From positions 1 through 54,806 of the IMG/VR virus record IMGVR_UViG_3300020205_001884: 54,806 bases of DNA; one strand, written 5' to 3'. A program made the translations under genes and the position numbers. Below the pieces are notes generated by a model. It did no database searches and had not been told where the DNA came from. It worked only from the letters and a program-made list of their open reading frames with translations. Source of the stretch: a virus. Taxonomy: Duplodnaviria > Caudoviricetes. Shown piece after piece: positions 9,981 to 21,500 of the stretch. Position 1 is the first letter of the stretch. Every line of letters starts with the position of its first letter.

Positions 9981-12395
9981 TCAAGACTCGATTAGGAGTT
10001 TTAGATTTTCTGTATTTTCTATCCGTCTTTGTATAGGACCGGCATCATTTATATATAACAAATTTCCAGAATATCTAACCACAGTTGGTTGGTAGATTAT
10101 ACTTTGTACTGTCAATTTCATATTTGTATATGTGGTTGGATTATACAAATCATTTATAATGTATAAATTATCATTACTTACTGTAAATACTCCATTATAG
10201 TTATTTACATACAAATACACAATATCAGTATTGCTAGTTCCGCCAGGAATAGCAGTTCTTATTAATTTTCCAACAGTTCCTTGTGTTCCTTGTCGTATAA
10301 GAATGTTGGTATCTAAAGAAATCCCATCTGCTACGAGTTGTTCTGGTGTGTTTATTAGTCCAGCACCTCTATCAATAGCACATTCAAGTATATAAGAGTA
10401 TCCTACGGTACTATCATCTCCAATTGTTTGAATAGTTTCACTGACTGAAACCAGTGTACCTCTCTTACCAACCGAGGCAACACTTCCTGTGACACGGAAT
10501 GCAGTAACTACCTCACCGGGAATATACGAACCGTCTTCATATCTTGCTGGCAAGAAACCAGTAGTCACATTTTTTACTTTTATTGTTGCTTTGGTAGGAT
10601 AGTGTGGGTGTACAAAACCATAACCCGTTGGTGGGGGTACAATCTGAGCAGTTGCAAAACTGGTACCACCATTTAAAGAACTATCCAAAATAAAGTCAGA
10701 AGAATTGTATGTATTTTCATATACTACTTCTATACTGTTAGAACAATTATTATCACAGTCTTGGAAAATAAATTCTTCGTCATCTCCAGTTTCTGTTGTA
10801 TTTTTTAGATTTTTGATTCTATAACCAGAATATGTTTCAAATGCACCATTGACTAAAGAACAAGTAAGAGCAGTAGAAAACCCGGTACTTGTTACATTTG
10901 TTATTATTGCTCGGAACTGATCTGGATAGTTGTTAGGTCCTCTAGTAATAACATCATTAATTTCAAAGAAATTTGCAGGATTTGTATAAGGTGTGACTGT
11001 TGTTCCTATTGTTATGGTAACTGTAGGATCAATTGCTTCTATTATCATTTCTTTTACTTCAATTACAGTTGTTCCAGCAATTTCTTCTAACCCATTTATG
11101 AATTTTTTGGGACTCTTTACCAGAGATATTTGTGTATAATATGTGTTTGGAGAAATTATATTTAAATATTCGGCTCCATCGTATACAATTCCTGTATTTT
11201 CTGGGGCAGAATACACAACCGGATCACTCTCGCTCAAAGATGATAATGGCTTTATTTTCTTAGAGATCATTATGTGTCTTGCACCAAGAACTTCAATCAC
11301 ATCTGATGCTAATCCATTCAGACCAATCACTGGTTTAATTACTGTTCCATTTTCCACTAAAACAGACACATCAACATAACTATAATTAGAACCACCATCA
11401 ATCATTGTTATTTTTGATATTAGTTTATCTTCTGTCATTACTGGAATTGCAATAGCTGAAGATCCATTTCCAATAATTTCTATTCTTGGTAATATAGAAA
11501 ATTGTACACCCTGTGGTGGTGATGCAGCAGAACTCGGATTACATAAAGTTAATTGTAAATATCCAGTGGTAGGATCAACAGCCGATGTTTGTATTGTTGC
11601 TGTATATTTGTTTTCAAAGTAAATAACATATTTATTATCGTAAAATCCATCAGTTAGTGCTAATTCTAGTCTTCCGCTAGGATCTATTGTTATTATAGGA
11701 AATTCTGCAGTATCTGTATTTTGTGATGCTATAAAATATAAAGCATTTGTAAAATTAACATTTACTGCACCAGCGTATGCATTTCCTTGAACTGAAACAT
11801 CAATCGCTTCTATTGCTCCTCTGATTGCTGCTGATGCAACATTCTGTTGATACAGTCTTTGATCTGTATACAAATCTGTTCCAATTTCTTGAATAGGAAT
11901 AAAATTAGGATAATCAAATTTTTCTAAATCTTCTTCTGAGATTTGATATAAAAATTTCCAAGTATATCCATCTAGTTTTATTTCTGGTTCTGTGCTCAAA
12001 GAACTAGGAGGATATGTACTTGTCGCAGAGGTATTTGATGGACTGGCCAAGCACAGATAAACAGATCGATTATCTGAATTATATGCATAAAACAAATCAC
12101 CCGACTCGTATTGATTTTTATCTTTGTTCAAAGCAACATAAACTTGATTTGCTTGCCACGGTATATTTTTAATCATCAAAGAAACATCAGATCTTAGAAT
12201 TTGATTCATAAAAAACATATTATCAAATGCAGTATAATCCGCTTGAATTGTGTCTGGTGTGGGCAATATGGTTGCCACGGAACTTGTAACTGCATTGCCA
12301 ATAGCAAGGAAGTACGAATGATCTTTTGATGCATTAAAGTCATTCAACAAAACTTTTGCTGTATTTTCTCTTCCTCTTTGTCTAAATGTTGCCAT
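9981..12395 (-). CDS. gp8: Baseplate wedge subunit gp8-like, enlarged
   Basis: Motifs 'W..NQVY', 'FYAYN..RSVYLCL', 'DGYTWKFLYQI' and C-terminal 'YSGNLLYINDAGPIQRR..TENLKLLIE'; synteny. Confidence 0.8.
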   Translation of the reverse strand: MATFRQRGRENTAKVLLNDFNASKDHSYFLAIGNAVTSSVATILPTPDTIQADYTAFDNMFFMNQILRSDVSLMIKNIPWQANQVYVALNKDKNQYESGDLFYAYNSDNRSVYLCLASPSNTSATSTYPPSSLSTEPEIKLDGYTWKFLYQISEEDLEKFDYPNFIPIQEIGTDLYTDQRLYQQNVASAAIRGAIEAIDVSVQGNAYAGAVNVNFTNALYFIASQNTDTAEFPIITIDPSGRLELALTDGFYDNKYVIYFENKYTATIQTSAVDPTTGYLQLTLCNPSSAASPPQGVQFSILPRIEIIGNGSSAIAIPVMTEDKLISKITMIDGGSNYSYVDVSVLVENGTVIKPVIGLNGLASDVIEVLGARHIMISKKIKPLSSLSESDPVVYSAPENTGIVYDGAEYLNIISPNTYYTQISLVKSPKKFINGLEEIAGTTVIEVKEMIIEAIDPTVTITIGTTVTPYTNPANFFEINDVITRGPNNYPDQFRAIITNVTSTGFSTALTCSLVNGAFETYSGYRIKNLKNTTETGDDEEFIFQDCDNNCSNSIEVVYENTYNSSDFILDSSLNGGTSFATAQIVPPPTGYGFVHPHYPTKATIKVKNVTTGFLPARYEDGSYIPGEVVTAFRVTGSVASVGKRGTLVSVSETIQTIGDDSTVGYSYILECAIDRGAGLINTPEQLVADGISLDTNILIRQGTQGTVGKLIRTAIPGGTSNTDIVYLYVNNYNGVFTVSNDNLYIINDLYNPTTYTNMKLTVQSIIYQPTVVRYSGNLLYINDAGPIQRRIENTENLKLLIES

Positions 12396-12405
12396 TGTGG
12401 TCCTC

Positions 12406-15400
12406 TTATGTACTTTGATCAGTATTGATAGAAGTATCTAGTAATATTTGTTTTATTGTGGCATCTTTAATTGGTTTTGTTGCTCTGAATGCAGTAGATT
12501 TAGACTCTATTTCATAGACAGGTAATGATCTGTTTTCTGTAATAACATCCAGTGGATCTAGCGTATCAATTACTTCAAATCCAGCAACATATTCAAGAAC
12601 ATCGGCATGTACATCTTTTACTAATTGTAGATCGTTCTTATGTGCAGATGTCCAGAAAACATATCCTCGCTCAATGAAATTTTTAATATTTACGAAAATT
12701 TCATTTCTAACTTTGTTATAGAAAGCAGAATCTCTAACATGATTTCTTCCATCCCACGGCTCTAGAGCAGGATTAGTAATAGGTACTGGAGCTGGTTGTG
12801 CAATGCCTTGATCATGCCATGCTGGTGTTAATTGCCATATATTACCATAATCCTGAGTAGCACCCTGCCCGACTGCTGGAAAATATTGTCTATACAAAGA
12901 ACGCAAAGTCGGACTTAACAAATAATAGTTTTCTACATAAACACCTATCTCCGTATTTCTTCGATACCAACACCACATATTATTTGGATCTAATCCTGCC
13001 CAATTTGAAATAGTACCCATATTATGTTTTCCAATATTCCATTCACCAGAATTCAAATAACCACTCTGAAGAATTACATAAGGACAATATTGATATGCTC
13101 CTGCACTATAAACCAGTCCGTTTGGATCTGTTGGTGTTCTATAATCTTTACCCAGCGGATCTAGTTTACGATACCGTTCTCTTCCTTTATTTGCCCAGCA
13201 AGCATCTGCGTATACTGGATTTATGCTATCTAGTGTGGCGCCGCCTGGAACAGAAATTGCTTTACATACTTCAATGGAAGTATCCGTTAAATACACGGTT
13301 TTTCTAGGAAAAGTGGTATTTACTATTTGATTGAATTCATTCAATATCGGTGCTTTAGGATCTCTTGGAAGTGCTTCTGCTATGACAGTCTTTAGTGTTG
13401 GCCATTTTTCCATTAGCCATTTTCTGTAGTCACCGACTGGAGATTTAGATGCAGCAGTAGCACCAGATGACATGGTGCCTCCATTTGCATAATTAAATGC
13501 CCCCTCTCCGGCATCTAATCCAATAGAAGTTATTCCAATATCAATCCATGGCTGTAATTCGTTAGTTAAGAATGCTGCATGTGCTGCGATATTTGCAGGA
13601 TCTGGAATTTGCCAACCTCTTCCAGTAGCAACATTTTGCCCTACACTACTAACACCGGCTTCACCAACCATTGCAATATGAGTACTTGCATTAGGAACTC
13701 CATCTACTGTTGGAATTGCATAACCTATATAAATTCCAACATCTGCATCTGAATGGGTAGGGCTAGCAATCCACTCACCTAATTTATCCAACCATTCATC
13801 CAATCTACCATTTGGATTGAAAGTAGCAGCATTTGCTTGTGCTACAGTCTGTGGTATGAATAAATTGGTTGTAGGATCTTTTACTGTTATTCCTGACCAG
13901 CAAGATTCTGCCGGATTTATTATACCTCCAGTATATACTCTATTTTTCATTGCAGAAGATATTGCAGATGTATAACCTCCACCATCGGCTGACAAATATC
14001 CACATGGAAGCCATAGCATAAATCTACGAACTCCTCTGTTATAATTCCAATCAAGATGATCTTGTATAAGTTTAGCAATTCCAGTATTTTTAGTAAAGAT
14101 ACTCACACCATTAACAAAATTAAGATACTTTGCTGCAGCATCTCCTCCCGACACAGAATCTGGTATTGTTGATACCGGTCTTCTATCGACATTGAAATTT
14201 GCTGCTGGTTGTGGCCAATCTCTGATATAAGTTCGTTCAGGATTTTTCATATATTTGGCCAAGCTTGCATCTTTTCTTGCAGCCAAAATATACATCAACC
14301 CCTGAACACGCTTAGAAGTTTCTGAGAATCTTCTGTGTGGCCAACCAGAACTATCCAATGCTTGTGCTTCTGCTACAGTTGCTGGTGGTGTTGTAATGAA
14401 TGGATCAAATCTTCCATTTTGACCATGATATCCAATCCAATAAGAATCATTTCCATAATCTTCATATGGCACAGCAACCATATCATCATATGATGCATAC
14501 TCTACAGCAATTCCATAAATGTGTCTTCTAGCATTTAAGAGTGTATGTATTCCAGCACCACCATGAGATCCAGCCGGGATTATAGGATCAGAATAACAAT
14601 ACCCAATACACCTTTCAATCCCATCATTAGAAAAAGACACATCATAACCAAAAGGACTCATTATTGGACTAATGTAATTAGCAATATCATTATCCCGCCA
14701 TGCCAGCAGCCCACCATCCTGCATACCAGCATATAAAAGTTCACCATCATCTGCAATTTTAAATACTGGAGATCCGCTATCTCCATCGTGGAGTGAACCA
14801 TCTGCGACTAAAAATCGACCACCAATCGACGCACTAAGTTCGTCTGGAGACGGAACTAACGATATTTCATAATCACCACTAACTCTCTTATACGATCTTC
14901 CTTGATTTTCAAAAACCCATAAAGTTTCTCCTGCATCAATTCTAGACCAATTTGCAAATTTATTATAAATTTTTACATCATTTCCATCAAATGCATCCTG
15001 TGTACCTCCAAATTCAAATAACAGCTGATCAATCGGCCGCGGACCTGTCCATAGTTGGCCAGACACTTGTGTAGAGCCATCCCAATATACTTTTGTAATT
15101 GTTTTAAAGTACATTTGTCCAGATTTTCCTAAAAATCCAATCTGTCTGCCTATAAAATCTTGTTGACGATCCCATTGAAAATAATGCAGACATGCTAATG
15201 CGTGTCTAGGAGAAATTAATACAACAGCTCCACTATTTGTATTATAAAAATTTATATCAGTCGGATCTATTGTTATTGTTAATTTCGATTGATTTTGATA
15301 AACTCCTCTTTGTTTAAAGGATCTGTATCGTATACCAATACCAGAAAAATCTACACCGGCTAATGTTGCTCGACAGGTTTCACTATACCCTATTGGTATT

Positions 15401-15513
15401 CCATCTATACTACTCTGTGGAATTCCATCAATTAATGGTAATATAAATTGTGCAGACGGATTAAAAGTATAGACATCATGGATTACGGGATTATAATTTT
15501 TAAGTATTGCCAT
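12406..15513 (-). CDS. Multidomain protein: N-terminal trypsin-like serine protease plus a putative glycoside-hydrolase-like (TIM-barrel) domain
   Basis: Catalytic triad motifs 'VLISPRHALACLH' (His), 'PIDQLL' (Asp) and 'GDSGSP' (Ser). Later 'DWNYNRGVRRFMLWLPCG' and 'GITSIGLDAG' suggest a GH-like barrel (inference). Confidence 0.65.
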   Translation of the reverse strand: MAILKNYNPVIHDVYTFNPSAQFILPLIDGIPQSSIDGIPIGYSETCRATLAGVDFSGIGIRYRSFKQRGVYQNQSKLTITIDPTDINFYNTNSGAVVLISPRHALACLHYFQWDRQQDFIGRQIGFLGKSGQMYFKTITKVYWDGSTQVSGQLWTGPRPIDQLLFEFGGTQDAFDGNDVKIYNKFANWSRIDAGETLWVFENQGRSYKRVSGDYEISLVPSPDELSASIGGRFLVADGSLHDGDSGSPVFKIADDGELLYAGMQDGGLLAWRDNDIANYISPIMSPFGYDVSFSNDGIERCIGYCYSDPIIPAGSHGGAGIHTLLNARRHIYGIAVEYASYDDMVAVPYEDYGNDSYWIGYHGQNGRFDPFITTPPATVAEAQALDSSGWPHRRFSETSKRVQGLMYILAARKDASLAKYMKNPERTYIRDWPQPAANFNVDRRPVSTIPDSVSGGDAAAKYLNFVNGVSIFTKNTGIAKLIQDHLDWNYNRGVRRFMLWLPCGYLSADGGGYTSAISSAMKNRVYTGGIINPAESCWSGITVKDPTTNLFIPQTVAQANAATFNPNGRLDEWLDKLGEWIASPTHSDADVGIYIGYAIPTVDGVPNASTHIAMVGEAGVSSVGQNVATGRGWQIPDPANIAAHAAFLTNELQPWIDIGITSIGLDAGEGAFNYANGGTMSSGATAASKSPVGDYRKWLMEKWPTLKTVIAEALPRDPKAPILNEFNQIVNTTFPRKTVYLTDTSIEVCKAISVPGGATLDSINPVYADACWANKGRERYRKLDPLGKDYRTPTDPNGLVYSAGAYQYCPYVILQSGYLNSGEWNIGKHNMGTISNWAGLDPNNMWCWYRRNTEIGVYVENYYLLSPTLRSLYRQYFPAVGQGATQDYGNIWQLTPAWHDQGIAQPAPVPITNPALEPWDGRNHVRDSAFYNKVRNEIFVNIKNFIERGYVFWTSAHKNDLQLVKDVHADVLEYVAGFEVIDTLDPLDVITENRSLPVYEIESKSTAFRATKPIKDATIKQILLDTSINTDQST

Positions 15514-15522
15514 TGTTTAATA

Positions 15523-18500
15523 CTAACAGTTAAATGTTGAAAATGAATTGTTCCTTATACGCGAACTGTCATTCATTGGAGTTGGTAGGATGTATGGATT
15601 TGCCACTATGTCTCTGCAACCTGCATGTGGGGTTTCTCCTTGGGCACAAGGTCTCAATTGATTGTTGTATCCCGGTGGTGCAGAAACTTCATTTGGGAAA
15701 TATGAACTAACTACACTTTGTAAATTATTGTCAGACCAAATAATTTCGTCTTTATTCTTTAAAGCAGAACCTAATTGACTTCTAACAAGGAAATCATTCC
15801 ACATATTTACCCACACAGAATGTCTTAAAAAACTCTTTCTATTGGTGTTTTGAAACAAATTAGCAGCAACATATTTACGATCCCCTGCTTGATGATTTGC
15901 AACAGATTCTGATATTGGAAACGAACTAACTTCTATAGTATTGAATTCGCAACGACAAGCTGGTATTGCACACGGACATGTATAATTGAATGATTTTTTA
16001 TATCCACCATTAACAGGATCACTTGAATTATAGAATTCGTATCCCGAAGGTGCTACTTGAGATCCGCAGACTCCTTGCACCATGAATGAATATAATTTAC
16101 CAGATGATTGATTATTGAATAAACCGATTCTTGCTTGTTCGCTATGATGCACACTCATCTGTCTGCTTTTATTTGTTTCAGAATTATTCATCAAGGTTTC
16201 ACCACCGGCAGTAAACCCATCTGATGTTGCCGCATAGTATTTATGTGCATTATTTACAAGATCTCCGTGTACAGAATTTGGATAATGATTCAATCCAGTT
16301 ATAATGAAATTACTTGGATCTATTTGAGGCATAAGAGCAGTCATTTCTGGTCTTAAATCTAAAACATCAGGTTCACCTTCAGCTGGTTCAAAAATGCACA
16401 TTTTTGCTATTGCTGCAGCCAAGGCGAATACCTTGTTTTGTACTGCTTTCAGTGCCTTTATATTGAATTCTCTTTTATCTTCGAAAGATAATTGATTAAA
16501 CGCAGCATCGCCAGGATAATCTATATCTAATTCATCACAATATGGACAAGTAGCAACTCTAGATTGATTGTCTGAAGTATTTTCTAACAGATCCAATTCA
16601 CCCCACATCAGTGGGCCGGCAGTAGGATACCATTCTGATTTCCAATTTTGATAATAAGGGAAACTCATCATATCATAATGATTTATGTTTGCTTGAGATC
16701 CCCATACTTCACGAATTTTGTTATTCATTTTTCTGGTTAGTTTTACATATGAAACTACTTTCTGCCATATCTTATCATTCACCAGCACACCACCCATACC
16801 ACCATATTGACCTGGTCCAAATCTAGCAGTCATATCTAATCCACGAATTTGATCTACTAATTGATCTTCAAAATTGACAAATACTCGTTTCGGTGTATAT
16901 ACACCATTAACAAAATCATCATCTGACCAAGTTTTCCAGGCGTCTCCTTGAGTTATGCACGGTGGTACTATAGGTGAATGCATTATCTTATATGCATATT
17001 CTTCTTGTTCCTTTGCGGACTCAAGTACCTTTGTATATGTGGACATGAAAAGTGCGTCTGCACATCCATCATCTTCGCGTATCGGAGCAAATATAAATCC
17101 ATTATACTTCCACATATTGCCTGGTTCATATTTTGTTGGCAACCCATCATTCTCTGAGCGAATTTCTTTTGCACCAGAAACGATCATTGGACATTCATGT
17201 CCGGGAAGTAATCCAGCTGAAGGGTTTGGTAGTATTATGTTATCATTTACTAATTTAATAGCAACACCATCTGTTGCTCCAGCTTTAAGTAATGAAACTT
17301 TTCCCCACGCCCACAATTCTCCGTTGCGTTTTAGTGCTAGTGTGAATCTTGCGCCAGCATCTATCCAGAGACATTGACCAAGATCTAATGGAACATTACA
17401 TTCTCCCTCTGTATTTTCTCCCCAACACACAACTGTGCCGTTTTCTCTGAGGGCACATGTATGGTGATATCCACCATTTATTTGCTTAAATGGACCATTT
17501 GGTAATCCTGTAGTTCCGTCTGAATTTTGATATGGAAGCGACTCACCCCATTCATTTCTATCCCATGCAAAAATACTACCGTCTGGTCTGATAATTTGAC
17601 TAGTATAATATCCTGTTCCAATTGCCTTTACAGAATTAATATTTCTCTTAACCCGTTTAACCTCAAAATATGTACCATATCCGTGTGGTATGGCCGGTGG
17701 GTTTCCATTTCCACTTGGTTGACCAACACGACCCCATCCCAAATTTTCTCCAGTATCTGGATCTACGGGAGCAGGACCACTTCCGGTGATTGTGTAATAC
17801 CAATTTTGACCCCATGTTTCTATGTTGCCAGTTTCTGTTAATAATAAACTATGGGCTCTTCCAGCAGCAATATCGATGTATTTCTTTAATGCTGTACCAA
17901 AAACAGAATTATATACTAGTGCTCCACCTTCGGCCGCGGAATTTTCATAGCCAATTTCAACTCCTCCAGATGCCTGTACCATTGGAATATTCTCTTGGGC
18001 TCTCCTCCACCCACCACTACCAACAGAATAATTGACTCCGGGTGAGCCTAAGTTTGTGTCTCTTGTTGTATGTCTGCTAAATTGATAATCGTTTGGTGCT
18101 CCGGTGTACTGTGCCCAATTTATTTTACCACTCCAAGCAAAATTTCCACCTTGTTCTATTGGATATGTTTCTCCAGTTATTACATATGGAGTATCATACG
18201 CACCATTTGGATTTGCTTGAGTATATTCATTATTTGAATGAAACGGACAGCCTAATAAATTATTTCTAAATATTCTATAATGTCTATTTTCTGGCACAGG
18301 CACACAACTATTACTCATTGGTTGACCGTCAGTACCACCATCAGTAGTGTCATCAAAAGTATACATCAATGATGATTTCTTTTGATCATAAAAGAAATCT
18401 TGATATGGGATCCAATCTATAATATATTCGTGATTCGTTGCAGTTGGAGTAGGAATAAGACCAATTGGTGTCCATACAGTATTTGGATCACTACATTGAG

Positions 18501-21500
18501 CAGATTCATTGCTACCCCAAGTTACTGCTTGTCCATCGTCAAGAAGTGCTATATAATGTCCGGCACCTGCTGCAACTTTTTTGATAGTTCTTCCCTTGAA
18601 AGTTACTTGTTGTTGGAAAAATGCAGTACTTCTTTCAACTTCTCCATCAACTCCACCCCACCCAACAACTGTACCATCTGTTTTAAGCCCAATAACACTA
18701 CCATATCCAACAGCTATTTGTTTGTATTTTAGAACTGCGAGATTATTCGGTGGTAATATTGGATATCCAGCATAAGTAGACGAAGCTGTTTGCCATTTTA
18801 ATGTACCATCTGCAAGTGTATAGAATACTACATTTGACCATCCAGTAGCTACTGAACTATAATCAGTACCGTTTGTATTGTTTACTCTATAGTCATATGC
18901 AAGATCGCTACGACCACCTTCGCTTCTGCTTCTTTGCCAGAAACTACTGTATACCGGAACAATAGGTAGCAGTTCACCGGGGAGTCTTACTTGTTCAGAG
19001 GGGTTAACGGAAACCATAAACTCCATAGGAGTATCTTTTCCCTTGGTATCATCAAATGGTTGATGAATTTTTACAGTTGTTCCGTCTTCTAAAGTCACAT
19101 AAGGAAACCATGTATTTCTTTGAGTTGCAGATGTATAGTATGTGGTGTTATTTGGGAATGGTTGTTCTGGACGCAAAGGCGATCCCCATTCTCCAGATTT
19201 GGACATTTGTTCTATCCATTCTGCAGCATGAAGAGGTGGTGCTTGATAACAACCTTGTCCAGAATAGCAAGCATCTCCAGTACACAATATTTGTGTTTGA
19301 TTAGGTGCATATTCTATTTCTACTGGTATAAGTCGACCATTAGTATCTAATCGGTAATTATTTTTATAATACCAGTTAACATTTCCAGAATGATGACCAG
19401 AACTTTCAATTCTGGCATCTGTCATATACTGCAATCCACCAATAGATTTCCCATTTGCATCAAAACCAACACCAGAACCGAAATCGTGAGTAGCTCCGCC
19501 AAAAATGGCATGTTCTCTTGCAATAAGACCTTGTGCTACTGTATTTCGTAATAAAGTAACATATTTGAATTCGGTAGTTTCTTGTTGTGTATTTTCATCT
19601 AGAATATAGATTGGCGGAACTGAAGTGGTTGTGGTTAACCAGGCACCTCTAGATGCGCTGTCGAGAGTAATTGTTTGAGGAATATCTGTTCGTGATGTAG
19701 ATGCTCCGAATGCTCTTAATGTCACAGAAGCTGATGGTTTGGCTGTAATTCTCCACAAATATTGATTTGTGCTTAGAAGTCTACCACCGGAAATAATAAC
19801 ACTAGAATTTACTGCTATTCTGTTTACAGCAGTTGGCTGAGCGCGAGAATTGCCACTAGTGACTCTCCATTCTTCAAGAACATTGTGCATATCCAATGTG
19901 CTTTGTGGATTTTCTGGAGAAACTCCATTAAAATAATTAATAAATTTAGCACCATGCAAACAGCTATGTAATATTATTTCTTTCCAATATTGCTTTCCAA
20001 CATCACCTGTCAATGGACCATATCGATAACGATCAACATCTCCACCAACATCTGTGCTTACAATCCACGGCGCAAATCTTTGCCATGCACTAGAATCGCT
20101 TCTATGAATAGCTTTCATTAGTCTCATGTCTAATAAGAAAGCCAACCAAGTCGGACTACTGTATCGTAATGTTGTAGCTGGTGGTGTGGAATTTGGATCT
20201 ATACTAGAAAATAAATATCGCTCATCATCAGTAGTTGGATTTATGATATAGCTAAATGTTCCAAATGCATTTGGTGTAAGTTCTCCATAGAATGGAGGAG
20301 AAACAAGTACATCTAGATTTGCTCTCATCGGAGATGCTTTCCATCCATATCCATTATCAACATACTCAAATTCTACATCATTTAAGGGATAGTTATAATC
20401 TTGTGTCAAACCAACATTGCTGAAATTAGCAGATGATAAAGCATCTAACCACATGTATGGTCTGTAGAAAGAACTTCCCCAGTCTATAACAACTCCGGTC
20501 CACGCACGAGTTGCTGCCTGAGCATTTGAATTTCCCCAAGGGAATACAGCCATATTGTTTTGTGAATTTTCAGTATCTCCAAGATATCCATACATTGGTG
20601 ATAATGCTTGTGCGGCTGTAGTGGCAGTAGGAACATACCAATTATTGGAATATATAGAAAATAAACTTCTCTGTCTATTGTCTGTTTCTGTTTTGCATAA
20701 ATTATATCTATCCATGAAATCCTGATCTATAGTTTTATCATTTATAGGATTCACAGTTGAAGTGAATCTAGGATCTGTTACTATCGCTTCTAGTGCATCT
20801 GGATCTGAAAAATCTCTTTCACAACTGTAATGACTGTTGCCTACTGCACATGTTTGCCAAGTTTGTTGTGTATAAGATTCTGGAACATAGTTTACAGTAG
20901 GAATTGATTGGAAAGGTATATTGGAAAATCCTGGAATATCTCGTTGTATTTGTCTCAGACCTTCTCCGGTTAATCTAAAATCCAATCCCGGCACATTTAC
21001 AAAGTGTGTCATATCTGTAGATTGGAACTCACCCTCAACAATAAATCCACCAATGGTAGGATTGCTTCCAACAATACCAGAATGAGAAATTCTAGCACAA
21101 TTAACAAAAACATTATTTATTGCTTTTGTTTTATATAAGGTTGCATTTGCTACATTTACGGTAATTGTTCCGGGAGTTCCTGGAGTAGAGCTAGAAAAAT
21201 TATATATTTCATGTAGCCAAGGTGCGCGATTTTTGTACTCAGGTGTGCGAATATCAGACACAGCCATCACTCCTTTGAAGCTTAAACTTGGATATGCAGT
21301 AGGACCAAAAGTCATAGTCCAAGGACTGTATCCTGTGACTGGTATAGTTGTTATTCCATCGCGATCTAATGGACCGCCAGATTCATACCAAGGATAAGCG
21401 TCTGTATTAATTACATAAAATGCCTGTCCAGATAATGATGTGTTCCACACTGTTTGATTATTTAAAACATCTCCATATCCAGTTGGACACTCTATAAAAA

